Shown here piece by piece: positions 7,171 to 15,690 of a stretch of 64,000 bases of DNA. Within the stretch, counting starts at the first letter, position 1, and every line of letters starts with the position of its first letter. The position numbers and the translations under genes are program-made. The DNA is from a virus, in IMG/VR virus record IMGVR_UViG_3300020438_000014, positions 29,679 through 93,678 of that record. The stretch is one strand, 5' to 3'. The notes beneath the pieces are model-generated. The model saw only the letters and a list, made by a program, of their open reading frames with translations, was not told the DNA's origin and searched no databases.

Positions 7171-8916
7171 TCATATATCTCCGTTGAGAAGTAGATAAGT
7201 TAAGTATGCGACAATTTTACATTTTAAGTCAAAATCAACTTCAGACTTTGACTCTTCAAATATTAAATGCATATTTTCTTTTATAAACCAATGCATATTG
7301 CTATTTTCGCTCAATTGCATTTCGCCTGCAATCATGTTTGAAACTGCCTGCCACACATTTCTTTTGATAAACCAACCTTGATTTAATCTGGACTCTTGGA
7401 CAAAATGAAATACTTCAGAGTTTGGGGTGTACATTGAGAAATAATTTTTTCTGATTTTTTTAGCAAGATCATCTTCTTCACCGCTCAATAAGCTGTCAGT
7501 TCCGCCTTTCCGCCCCAAGGATTTGTTGAAACCCCCAGCTTTTCGAGCATATTCTGTTCTGAAGCATATGTTTGTGCCAACCAACCATATTGGAAATTCA
7601 CATTCATTTAAAAATAAATCTTTTTCAGAAAAATCACACATGGAAAGATTGTGGAGCTGTTCATTACTGAGCCAACTAGGGCGATCTAATTCTCCCCAGT
7701 CTGGTGTAACTTTTCCTCCTACAACCCCAATATCGGGAGAGACAAATTTAGAAACCATGTTTGTTACAGAATTGGGTTGCAGTATTGCATCGTCATCTAT
7801 AAAGTAGATTAAGTCTGTGCTGCACAAATTCAAACACTCGTTTCGAGCTCCAGAAAGACCATTGGTGGTTTTGTGATAGTATTCTGCTCCAGACCTAGTA
7901 TTAATCGACTGATTTTCAGCAATATTAGCTTCCCAAAAATTTTTGTTATAATTTGCTACTAATTGTTTTATTGCACAATTATTCAGTAATTTCTTAGGAG
8001 TATTATCTACTATTAGAATCTTATATTCATAATCTCCTAATTGATTCGTGCAAGAAATAAAAGCCTTCTCCAGTAGTTCATAATTATTGTAAGTGCAAAT
8101 ACAAACTGTGATTGATGGATTTTTTCTCCAATATTCAAACCTCCAAGAATTAAATAATTCTTGAATCTTTGTTTCTTTTTTTTCATAAAAATTTTCAGAA
8201 TTTATTAAGCGATCTTTTTGGGGTTTTAGATGTAAGTCTATAATTGGCTTCAGTTTATAGTTGAGCCTGCACCAATCACTAACAAGACTTGAACAGCAGT
8301 ACATAGCAAAAGTATTAACTGGGGAAGATATATTGTTTTTATGCATCCAATCAAATTCAGGGTTTTGTTGAATAACTCTTTCAAAGTTGGGTTTTTCAGA
8401 AAAAACTAAAGAATTAGAATGTGACTGCTTGGAGGGATCAATTTTGAGCAACGGAGCATTGTCAAGTGTTAATTCAATTAGTTTGGTTGCCCCCATGTAA
8501 CTTACAACATAAGCCTCAAGCCCTTTCCAATTATTTTTTCCAAGATGCATGAATTCAATTGATTCTTGCAAGTCTGGATTTTCAAGCAAAAATTGAACAA
8601 CATCGCTTAAAACCACATCCTCTTCAAGAATTAATGCGAAATCAAGTTTTTGCTCTATAACTTGCTGCCACGCGAAAAAATGGCTTAGGTAACAACCTGA
8701 AGCGCCTGGATTTTCGGAAAAATAAAGCTTGTTTGTTATCCCTACGGGATTTAAATTTAAGCCAAAGTCTTTTAATGGTGATAAACTTTTTCTAGTATCT
8801 ATAGCATCAATACGTTCTAATTCTAAGCCGTCGGGAAGAAGGGAAAAAACGTTCTGAGCTTTTATCCATGGCTCAGGATTATCCTTTAAATTTATAAAAA
8901 ATATTTTAAAATTCAT
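7171..8916 (-). CDS. GT25-GT2 fusion glycosyltransferase
   Basis: N-terminal FFINL..., GCYLSH..AW, ALILEED (GT25); C-terminal ICTYN, GLSGARN, FIDDD, GGF...LGR...GEE (GT2). Confidence 0.88.
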   Translation of the reverse strand: MNFKIFFINLKDNPEPWIKAQNVFSLLPDGLELERIDAIDTRKSLSPLKDFGLNLNPVGITNKLYFSENPGASGCYLSHFFAWQQVIEQKLDFALILEEDVVLSDVVQFLLENPDLQESIEFMHLGKNNWKGLEAYVVSYMGATKLIELTLDNAPLLKIDPSKQSHSNSLVFSEKPNFERVIQQNPEFDWMHKNNISSPVNTFAMYCCSSLVSDWCRLNYKLKPIIDLHLKPQKDRLINSENFYEKKETKIQELFNSWRFEYWRKNPSITVCICTYNNYELLEKAFISCTNQLGDYEYKILIVDNTPKKLLNNCAIKQLVANYNKNFWEANIAENQSINTRSGAEYYHKTTNGLSGARNECLNLCSTDLIYFIDDDAILQPNSVTNMVSKFVSPDIGVVGGKVTPDWGELDRPSWLSNEQLHNLSMCDFSEKDLFLNECEFPIWLVGTNICFRTEYARKAGGFNKSLGRKGGTDSLLSGEEDDLAKKIRKNYFSMYTPNSEVFHFVQESRLNQGWFIKRNVWQAVSNMIAGEMQLSENSNMHWFIKENMHLIFEESKSEVDFDLKCKIVAYLTYLLLNGDI

Positions 8917-9158
8917 TGACTATCAATTACACGAATTATGATAGGCGATTGCTTGCTTTTGTCTAATTCTTTGATATATTCTGGCCAAAAAAAATAAAAT
9001 GCATCGTTGTCTCCGTTGGCCAAGGCAGACTTTAATTCTTCCGCATAGATCTTAAGCCAATCTCTTTGATCTTCACGAAAAAAAGTATCAGAAACTTGAG
9101 GGCTGGGCTTATGTGCACAGCCGTTTACAAAAAACAGAAGCAATAAAAGTGTTCGCAC
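8913..9158 (-). CDS. putative small lipoprotein
   Basis: Hydrophobic N-terminus with VNGC lipobox-like motif. Confidence 0.6.
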   Translation of the reverse strand: MRTLLLLLFFVNGCAHKPSPQVSDTFFREDQRDWLKIYAEELKSALANGDNDAFYFFWPEYIKELDKSKQSPIIIRVIDSQ

Positions 9159-9178
9159 ACATAATGTTACACTTTGTT

Positions 9179-9400
9179 TTATTCATCAAAAGTATATTCG
9201 TCCATATCTTTTTTTATGGCTTCATATATCTTATATAATAAATCTTTTTGTGTGTTATATTGTTCGTAAGCATAACACCAGCTTTTTTGATTATGATCTT
9301 CTTCTTTCGGGTACTCTATTTCTCTGTCGAAGTCTCTAAGAATGCGTAGGGAACTAGAGTACCCCGATTGCATTCCGCTATTATATTCGTCGTGCGCCAC
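9179..9400 (-). CDS. hypothetical protein
   Basis: ORF track; tightly packed in a minus-strand operon. Confidence 0.6.
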   Translation of the reverse strand: MAHDEYNSGMQSGYSSSLRILRDFDREIEYPKEEDHNQKSWCYAYEQYNTQKDLLYKIYEAIKKDMDEYTFDE

Positions 9401-9516
9401 TATTTTTTAAATTTATTGTCTATCCACACTTTGTAGGTATAGAGGGCCATCAACATGAATGTTAGAAGTAGTCCGTCTGCCCATGATAGATCCCATAATT
9501 CTTTTAATTCACTCAT
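9400..9516 (-). CDS. small single-TM protein (38 aa)
   Basis: MSELKELWDLSWADGLLLTFMLMALYTYKVWIDNKFKK; overlaps both neighbours in operon fashion. Confidence 0.6.
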   Translation of the reverse strand: MSELKELWDLSWADGLLLTFMLMALYTYKVWIDNKFKK

Positions 9517-9694
9517 TTATTAGTTCTTTTTTTATAAATTCAATTTGTCTTTCTACATCCTTGATTTCTGAAAGTATTCTTTTTTTATTTTTCTTTCTTG
9601 GTTTATTTACTGCAAATAAAAGCTCCAAAGAAAGCTCAAGGATTTCTTCGGAGCATTTTAGAAAAAGATCTCTCTGATAATCAGAGAGACTCAT
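9509..9694 (-). CDS. hypothetical protein
   Basis: ORF track; operon packing. Confidence 0.55.
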   Translation of the reverse strand: MSLSDYQRDLFLKCSEEILELSLELLFAVNKPRKKNKKRILSEIKDVERQIEFIKKELINE

Positions 9695-9902
9695 CTGGGT
9701 TTTTGGATAAATCTATTCCTTTGCACTCGCAGTAGGCAACTGAGTATCCGATTTTATAATTAAATCTTTCCATGAAAAACATTAACCCTAGGATAATGTA
9801 TGGCTCCATCTTCATATAACCGAAGTTATAGAAGAGGAGAAACCCTACAATTAGCCACGGGCAAAACTTGTTAGCGGCATAATTAACTATTGTTAGATTC
9901 AC
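9681..9902 (-). CDS. small membrane protein
   Basis: Two hydrophobic segments; operon packing. Confidence 0.6.
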   Translation of the reverse strand: MNLTIVNYAANKFCPWLIVGFLLFYNFGYMKMEPYIILGLMFFMERFNYKIGYSVAYCECKGIDLSKNPDESL

Positions 9903-10147
9903 GATGCCCTAGTGAGCGAAACAATTCTGTCGTGCCTAAAAGACCTGACTTCATTTCGCGCGAAACAAAATGCTTTAAATCCAATATTGTTTCTAACTTC
10001 ACCCTTGTTTCCGAAAGATTCAGATAGATCTGGTCTTCCGATTTCATATGTCTTGACTTCGCTGTCGGCGTTCTTGTATACGATAAAATATCTTTGATTT
10101 TCGTTTTTCATATTTTTACTTTTTGATTTTCTTGTAATATTAAACAT
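9899..10147 (-). CDS. stand-alone WYL-domain protein
   Basis: AFCFARNEVRSFRHDRI matches the WYL C-terminal signature (C..R...RxFRxDRI). Confidence 0.75.
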   Translation of the reverse strand: MFNITRKSKSKNMKNENQRYFIVYKNADSEVKTYEIGRPDLSESFGNKGEVRNNIGFKAFCFARNEVRSFRHDRIVSLTRAS

Positions 10148-10153
10148 GAGACT

Positions 10154-10182
10154 ATTATACTATATATAGTCTTTAATGTCAA
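10154..10182 (-). promoter_or_regulatory. sigma70-type promoter (leaderless) of the WYL operon
   Basis: TTGACA-17-TATAAT; ATG 7 nt downstream. Confidence 0.88.
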
Positions 10183-10185
10183 GCA

Positions 10186-10626
10186 TTAATTTCCAGTACT
10201 ACCAAATCCTCCTTCGCCTCTATCAGAGGACTCAAGATCATCTACCTCTTCGATTTCAACCCAAGGAAGCTTTACTATTACTAATTGAGCTATTCTGTCT
10301 CCAGTGTGATAGCACGGCGCCCCAAGATGGGGAATGCTCATCCTAATTTTAATTTCTCCTCTATAGCCCGAATCAATAACTCCTACAGAGTTCTTGAGGA
10401 AGTGATCTGTCTTAGATATACTAGAGCGAGGAAACAGCAATCCCACATATCCTTCGGGGACTTGCATTGCGAGTCCCGTTCCGTACTCCCAATAACCCGA
10501 TTCTTTTTTTAATGAAATTGCAGTCAAGTCCATTCCCGCGTCACCTTTTTTTGTGTAGCTAGGGAGCTTTGCTGTCGAAAAAATTTTTTTGAATTTGAGT
10601 TTTATTTGATTCTTACTTCTTTCCAT
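10186..10626 (-). CDS. dut: trimeric dUTPase
   Basis: AGMDL, PRSS, GVIDSGYRGEI, RIAQL, RGEGGFGSTG motifs. Confidence 0.97.
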   Translation of the reverse strand: MERSKNQIKLKFKKIFSTAKLPSYTKKGDAGMDLTAISLKKESGYWEYGTGLAMQVPEGYVGLLFPRSSISKTDHFLKNSVGVIDSGYRGEIKIRMSIPHLGAPCYHTGDRIAQLVIVKLPWVEIEEVDDLESSDRGEGGFGSTGN

Positions 10627-11168
10627 GATACTAATTTTTGGTTAACTAAATCTCTTATGTGTCTTTGCTTACTGCTTAATTGAGCGTTGCCACTTTTAAC
10701 TTCTATAAATGTAATCTCATCATCACCAAAAGAAACGTAATCTATGGGCTTACCCATGAAGCAACAATTTTCTGGATCAAAATCAAACTGATCTAAGAAT
10801 GGAGCAAGAGTCTCTGCGATATGACCTAATCTAACTTCACCGCTTTTCTTTTGTGATAAAACTTTTTTACGTTGTTCGGTTTCTTGTTTTAATTTTTCTT
10901 CGGTATCAGATAGTTGTTGCTCAAGCTGCTTGGAATGCAATCGCTCGTCTTCAAGAAATTCTCTGCTAATTTTTGCATGATTTTCTGAATCGGCTTTGTT
11001 CGTGCGCTCTTCTTCGACTGCAAGTTCCAGCCTCCAAGTTTTTTCTTTAAGCTTTCTGACTTCAGAAGCTTCTTTATTCTTTAAGTCTTTTATATAAAAT
11101 AAAAGAATAATAATGCCAATGAATAAGACTCCTTCTAACATATAGTGATGATAATTTAAATTAAACAT
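10602..11168 (-). CDS. membrane-anchored Holliday-junction-resolvase-like PD-(D/E)xK endonuclease
   Basis: N-terminal TM and coiled coil; G.IAE.LAPF, F.G.PIDYV.F, FIEVKSG...LS..QR (Endonuc_Holl-like). Confidence 0.8.
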   Translation of the reverse strand: MFNLNYHHYMLEGVLFIGIIILLFYIKDLKNKEASEVRKLKEKTWRLELAVEEERTNKADSENHAKISREFLEDERLHSKQLEQQLSDTEEKLKQETEQRKKVLSQKKSGEVRLGHIAETLAPFLDQFDFDPENCCFMGKPIDYVSFGDDEITFIEVKSGNAQLSSKQRHIRDLVNQKLVSWKEVRIK

Positions 11169-11593
11169 TCTTCAACATCAATCGCTGCTTTTTTTAGCAA
11201 GTCTATTCCATTAGAATTTTTGTACAACTCTGCGTATATTACTCTTTTGATTCCAGCTTGTATAATTAGTTTCGCGCACTCCAAGCAGGGTGACGCAGTT
11301 GTGTATAGCGTTGCCAGGTCGCTAGACTGGGTTGACTTGGCGAGTTTGGTTATAGCATTACTCTCTGCGTGAAGAACTTCTGGCTTGGTTACCTTATGGG
11401 TAAAACAAAGCTTTGGGTCTTGATGCTCGCATTGATTATCGAAGCCTCTTGGTGTGCCATTATATCCATCAGATATAATCATTTCATCTTTTACAATCAA
11501 GCATCCTACTTTTTTTCTTTTAGCCTTGGAGAGTTGCGCCCACTCAAGGGCCATTTTTAAGTATGTCTTGTCTAGAGAGTGTGGGTCAGGCAT
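11156..11593 (-). CDS. dCMP deaminase
   Basis: VGCLIVK, GYNGTP, HAESNAI, SPCLECAK zinc-binding motifs. Confidence 0.95.
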   Translation of the reverse strand: MPDPHSLDKTYLKMALEWAQLSKAKRKKVGCLIVKDEMIISDGYNGTPRGFDNQCEHQDPKLCFTHKVTKPEVLHAESNAITKLAKSTQSSDLATLYTTASPCLECAKLIIQAGIKRVIYAELYKNSNGIDLLKKAAIDVEECLI

Positions 11594-12077
11594 TCTTTTT
11601 CCAGAGCTGAAAAGATTTTAGCTTTTTTAAGTCTTGAACGTTAACTTGAGAAGTTTCTTCTTTTTTTTCAGCCCTTTTGTATATCCTGTACTTTGCGAGC
11701 TTTGCGAGGCTAACGAATGGAAGATCATACCTAATTTTATTAGCTGCTCCAAGCCAAGAAACTAATTCTTTTCTGTTGACTATGATAAAATCGTCAAACC
11801 TCTCGAAGGCTATAAAATGTGCGTCACCGTGAATCCATCCAGATCCCCCTTTTGCATTCTTGAATTCAATCCAAAGCCAATCGTCATTTTTCTTTTTATT
11901 TTTGACTTTTTTAACATCGAATCTAAGCATTAAGGGTTTACCCTCTTTGCCTTTACCCTTTAAAATGTGAGATACATTCCTAAACTTTCTTCTCGGGGCT
12001 TTTTCTGGAGAATATCCCTTTGATTTCGCAATCTCTTCGAAAGGAGAGAGATTTTTCTGTCGCGTTGAGTCTAACAC
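11586..12077 (-). CDS. PD-(D/E)xK-like phage protein
   Basis: FDVKK, WIEFKN..G..GWIHG.A.FIAFE pattern seen in phage restriction-endonuclease-fold proteins. Confidence 0.55.
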   Translation of the reverse strand: MLDSTRQKNLSPFEEIAKSKGYSPEKAPRRKFRNVSHILKGKGKEGKPLMLRFDVKKVKNKKKNDDWLWIEFKNAKGGSGWIHGDAHFIAFERFDDFIIVNRKELVSWLGAANKIRYDLPFVSLAKLAKYRIYKRAEKKEETSQVNVQDLKKLKSFQLWKKNA

Positions 12078-12265
12078 TATCTTATCCTTGATGGACTATC
12101 TGTGTGGACAACCTCAACTTTTCTTTGGTCTGGGTCTTTCCACTTCTTTAGAACTTTTACTAATTGCTCAGCTCTTTTTTGTGCTTCTTCTTCGGTGCTG
12201 TAATTTTCTTCTTCGATTCTTCGCTTGTTTCTTGTTACTACATAAACGCTTTTTTTATTTTTCAT
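12077..12265 (-). CDS. hypothetical protein
   Basis: ORF track; start and stop overlap neighbours. Confidence 0.65.
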   Translation of the reverse strand: MKNKKSVYVVTRNKRRIEEENYSTEEEAQKRAEQLVKVLKKWKDPDQRKVEVVHTDSPSRIR

Positions 12266-13221
12266 TAAGATATTGATTTAATTAATTGTTTTCCGTTGTT
12301 TGTGATTTTTCTTTCTCCGTCGATTTGCATAAAATTTCTTCTAAGAAGATACACTTCATGATCTCTCCTGAGAGCAGTAGGGCTCAATCCAGTTACTGCA
12401 GAAAGAGTTTGTAGCTTGCAGCTTCCTCTCTTTGATAGTATTTCTAGAATTTGCCTTTCCGTACATGTTATTCCAAATGGTAAAATTCCAAGTAGATCTG
12501 TCAACTGCAAGTAGTCTTTTTCTTCAAAAGTGTTCTGATTTTCTGACTCACAGTAAAGAATTATTTCTTTCGAGCGCATGACTGCATTCCTCGCATTTCC
12601 TCTGACTGTAGTAGAAAGCATTTCTATAGACTCATCTGAAAAATTAATTCCTTCGCAGTTAAGCTTAATAATATCTCCAAGATTATCTTTCGAGTAAGGC
12701 TCAAAATCTACAGTGGTAAGCCTATCCTTAAGTGGAGGGAAAAGCTTATCGCTCTCAGTTGTTGCAAAAATGAATGTTTGTTTCGTGAAATCAAATGTAA
12801 ACGTCTGATCCTCAAATACGAATTCTTTTGAGTTGGTCTTCTCTGTATTAAAAATAGTCAGGAAAGCCATTGTTAGGTCTTTTGGTAGGGCATGAGCCTC
12901 ATCAAAAAGAATAGTTATCTCGTTATTCATAATAATCGGAATAAAAATTTGTTCAAAGAATTGCCTATTGTTTTTGATTGTTGAACAGTTGAGTTCAAGG
13001 AAGGGTCTCTTGCTTCCGTCTGAATTATGAAGATGCTTTGCAAACTCTTTAGCAAAAAGAGTCTTGCCTAAGCCTTTGGCTCCAACGAGATTGAGGAATG
13101 GGCATACGCTCGTAGCTTTATATGCTTTTATATAGAAGTTAAGCTTCTTCTTTACGTTGCCTTGGCCTATAAGGTGTTCGAAATAATTATTCATTGTCAA
13201 ATGATGTGATTGCGTATTCAA
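12265..13221 (-). CDS. ruvB: RuvB-like Holliday junction branch-migration AAA+ ATPase (start probably ATG at 13194)
   Basis: F..LIGQ..VK..L, Walker A GAKGLGKT, Walker B LFDEAH, ATT...L..PL.DR, RGNAR, C-terminal winged helix with E.YL. Confidence 0.85.
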   Translation of the reverse strand: MNTQSHHLTMNNYFEHLIGQGNVKKKLNFYIKAYKATSVCPFLNLVGAKGLGKTLFAKEFAKHLHNSDGSKRPFLELNCSTIKNNRQFFEQIFIPIIMNNEITILFDEAHALPKDLTMAFLTIFNTEKTNSKEFVFEDQTFTFDFTKQTFIFATTESDKLFPPLKDRLTTVDFEPYSKDNLGDIIKLNCEGINFSDESIEMLSTTVRGNARNAVMRSKEIILYCESENQNTFEEKDYLQLTDLLGILPFGITCTERQILEILSKRGSCKLQTLSAVTGLSPTALRRDHEVYLLRRNFMQIDGERKITNNGKQLIKSIS

Positions 13222-13459
13222 TTTTATCCTCTACAGACTGTAACTCGCTAAAATCCTGGGAGGCGCTTTTGTTTTGCAGGTAGTTTGCATAAAGTCTGCC
13301 TTTTACCCATTCTTCGCTAACTGGAACTTGCGTCGATTCTTCGCAAGCAAGCTCGAGAATTTCTTCTAACGAAAGGCTTACAAGAGTCATACCGCCTTTT
13401 TTGGAAGAGTTTCTTGTCTTCCGCGGAGTACCATCTTTGTTTAAGGATATTTTTTTCAT
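13187..13459 (-). CDS. hypothetical protein
   Basis: Track ORF 13187..13498; true start is probably ATG 13459, directly after the promoter. Confidence 0.7.
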   Translation of the reverse strand: MKKISLNKDGTPRKTRNSSKKGGMTLVSLSLEEILELACEESTQVPVSEEWVKGRLYANYLQNKSASQDFSELQSVEDKIEYAITSFDNE

Positions 13460-13465
13460 GCAAGT

Positions 13466-13494
13466 ATTATCGCATTTTAAGGGCGATATGTCAA
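13466..13494 (-). promoter_or_regulatory. sigma70-type promoter (leaderless)
   Basis: TTGACA-17-GATAAT with extended TGn; ATG 7 nt downstream. Confidence 0.8.
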
Positions 13495-13501
13495 GCATAA
13501 A

Positions 13502-13687
13502 TTACTTTAATTTCTTTGCGAGATTTTTAATTTGCTCTTCTAACTGAGAAATTTGCTCTGATTGGGTCTCTACTAAATCTTTTAGGTCAGTTACCTCATT
13601 TATATACAGTAACATATCTTCGTCTGGAGAGAATACTATATCGTATTCTTCGTCATCTTCGTCTTCGAGCTCTTCTTCGTCTGTCAT
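13502..13687 (-). CDS. acidic coiled-coil hypothetical protein
   Basis: ORF track; very acidic N-terminus. Confidence 0.65.
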   Translation of the reverse strand: MTDEEELEDEDDEEYDIVFSPDEDMLLYINEVTDLKDLVETQSEQISQLEEQIKNLAKKLK

Positions 13688-13986
13688 AATTGTTTATAAT
13701 ATTTTTTTAAAAGATCAAAGCCTTGATCTATTTTTGTTTGTCTTCTTATTCTTTTAGCTTTTGATTTAAATGGAAGCATGTCTTTTCTAGATTGAAAAGC
13801 ATACCGAATTTTAACAAGAATATTATTCCATTCTTCCTTTGAAAGTTCGTTTGGTTTGTTGCCTAAATCTAATTGCCTTTTTTGAATAATCCGCTCCACA
13901 GAATCGGAGATTTGTATATGTAGCGGCAAGTCTTGATGGGTTTTCTTTTGTTTAAAAACATTTGAAATTTTCTTGAATAAATTCAT
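13684..13986 (-). CDS. hypothetical protein
   Basis: ORF track; ATGA overlaps with neighbours. Confidence 0.65.
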   Translation of the reverse strand: MNLFKKISNVFKQKKTHQDLPLHIQISDSVERIIQKRQLDLGNKPNELSKEEWNNILVKIRYAFQSRKDMLPFKSKAKRIRRQTKIDQGFDLLKKYYKQL

Positions 13987-14192
13987 TTGTATCTTTTAAT
14001 TCCCCACCAGCACCTTCTCAGCAGGCTTTTTAGTTTTATTGCTTTATACCACTCGCCAGCCATGCAAAGTTTTTTTATTTTTTTCTCTGTGTCTTTGAAT
14101 TTTTTCGATACTTTTTTTCTAACAGACCAAGAAAGCTTCCAAGGCTCGCTCCTATTTTTTCTCGAGTTGTTGGGTATGTATATCATATCCAA
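13983..14192 (-). CDS. basic hypothetical protein
   Basis: ORF track; operon packing. Confidence 0.55.
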   Translation of the reverse strand: MDMIYIPNNSRKNRSEPWKLSWSVRKKVSKKFKDTEKKIKKLCMAGEWYKAIKLKSLLRRCWWGIKRYK

Positions 14193-14599
14193 AATTTTTT
14201 TATAAGATCAATAGATAAACCCTCTCGAAGCTCCCAAAACTGACAGCAGAAATTTCTTTTACTTGTCCAATCCATAACGTTCTGTATCATATACACTTGA
14301 GAACCAAAGTTAGGCGGAGAAAAATCAAAGAAAAGACACTCTAGCTCCAATCTTTTTTTGCTTATTAGCCTAGCCGAAAAATTATTTTCAAGTCTTTTTG
14401 CCACAAAAACTAGGGCTTGGTAAAATTCATATGGATGCCCAGAGGTTTTGGAGAATGGAATTTCTTCGAGGTCTGCTCCGTTATCAGAAACTCCACACAT
14501 AAGCATTTTGCTTACAAAATTATCGTGAAAAAACTCAAGCTTCTCGTAGAAATCAAGATTTGCTTCGTCTAAGTAGATACTCGTGTTTTTTAATATCAC
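14183..14599 (-). CDS. hypothetical protein
   Basis: ORF track. Confidence 0.55.
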   Translation of the reverse strand: MILKNTSIYLDEANLDFYEKLEFFHDNFVSKMLMCGVSDNGADLEEIPFSKTSGHPYEFYQALVFVAKRLENNFSARLISKKRLELECLFFDFSPPNFGSQVYMIQNVMDWTSKRNFCCQFWELREGLSIDLIKKFWI

Positions 14600-14747
14600 T
14601 AGAGATTTCTCGCTGTTTTTGCTTTAGCTTTCTTATTTTGCTGAGTATGATTTTTCTTTGTCTTGACATAAAAAATAAAGTCTTAAAAATGAGGTGTTGA
14701 ACCTTAATTAAATAAGATGACCTTTTGAATTTTTAAAACTTTTAAAG

Positions 14748-15110
14748 TGGTGGAGGTGGCGGGACTTGAACCCGCGTCCTCTGCTCTTCAACAGAATCAC
14801 CTCTACAAGCTTATCCGATTTTTTTTAGAGTTATGATATCGGCATCCAACTCCTTGTTTCAATTATTTGCAGTTTGTGGAACAAATAAACTTTTATCTGT
14901 TTTGCAGATTGATGACCCCTCGTTCAATTTATCTGCGTCAATCGAGGAGAGGTTGCAGCTTTAGGCTGCAAGGGCGAGACCCTCTGGGGAGAAGGTCTCT
15001 ATAGAATTAATGTTTTTAGCATTTATTCTGCTTGTGCCTTTTAGCGAAGCCTGGCACCTCTTCGGCTTGCAGTGATCTAATCCAAACAAAGTCGAATCCG
15101 AAACACCCCC
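14748..15110 (-). ncRNA. ssrA: tmRNA
   Basis: 5' GGGGGTGTTTCGGATTCGAC; 3' GGTTCAAGTCCCGCCACCTCCACCA; tag ORF 15020-14961 after ATAAAT encodes AKNINSIETFSPEGLALAA*. Confidence 0.96.
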
Positions 15111-15141
15111 ATAAATTTTAAAGAACTATTTAATGATACAA

Positions 15142-15462
15142 TCAGAACAACTCTTCGGGAACTTCTTCCGTGTTGTTGTCTGTAGCAGTTTCTTGAATTG
15201 CTTCGTCAACTGCCTTGGTAACATTTTGTGTCTGCTCTCTGTCTTCGGAGCGGTAGACTACGTAGTCAGGAGCCTTTTCGTTCTTTTCTCTACCCTTGTT
15301 TGTGAAAACAACGACCTTTACCGTTTCGGTAACTCCAGGCATTGTCTCGACTTTGATACTTCCAGAAAGATACTTTTGATTCTTTCCGCTGCGAACCCAA
15401 AGAGCTCCTAGCTCTCGGTTGCGCCACTCTGATTGCTTTTCTTGTGTTTGATTTTCACTCAT
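15142..15462 (-). CDS. DUF736-like putative ssDNA-binding protein
   Basis: ELGALW.R...KYLSG.I...VF.N....APDY pattern and acidic tail ending EEVPEELF. Confidence 0.65.
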   Translation of the reverse strand: MSENQTQEKQSEWRNRELGALWVRSGKNQKYLSGSIKVETMPGVTETVKVVVFTNKGREKNEKAPDYVVYRSEDREQTQNVTKAVDEAIQETATDNNTEEVPEELF

Positions 15463-15464
15463 AA

Positions 15465-15641
15465 TTAATTTGATTGTTGATATATTTCTGAAAGTTCTTG
15501 GAGAAAAAGAATTTTAGCTCCTTGACTTAATTTATTGTATTGTTTTTTTGCGCGAGAGTAAACTCGCTTTTGTGTTGATTCCGAACTATTCGGATCGTAG
15601 TTTAAAATTTTTCTTATTTGCTTTGCTTTCTTTTGATTCAT
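15465..15641 (-). CDS. hypothetical basic protein
   Basis: Track ORF; true start is probably ATG 15641 (MNQKKAKQ), directly after the promoter. Confidence 0.65.
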   Translation of the reverse strand: MNQKKAKQIRKILNYDPNSSESTQKRVYSRAKKQYNKLSQGAKILFLQELSEIYQQSN

Positions 15642-15648
15642 ACCGATG

Positions 15649-15677
15649 ATTATATAATATATTTGATAATATGTCAA
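15649..15677 (-). promoter_or_regulatory. sigma70-type promoter (near-leaderless)
   Basis: TTGACA-17-TATAAT; ATG 8 nt downstream. Confidence 0.85.
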
Positions 15678-15690
15678 GTCTTTTTTTGAT

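Noticed and set aside
13460-13498. Extended N-termini of track ORFs at 13498, 15731, 19216, 25776 and 27517
   Set aside because: The extensions run through promoter motifs or upstream genes; downstream ATGs fit better
14553-14669. 38-aa basic ORF MSRQRKIILSKIRKLKQ... downstream of tmRNA
   Set aside because: Overlaps the next ORF by about 47 nt and has no independent support
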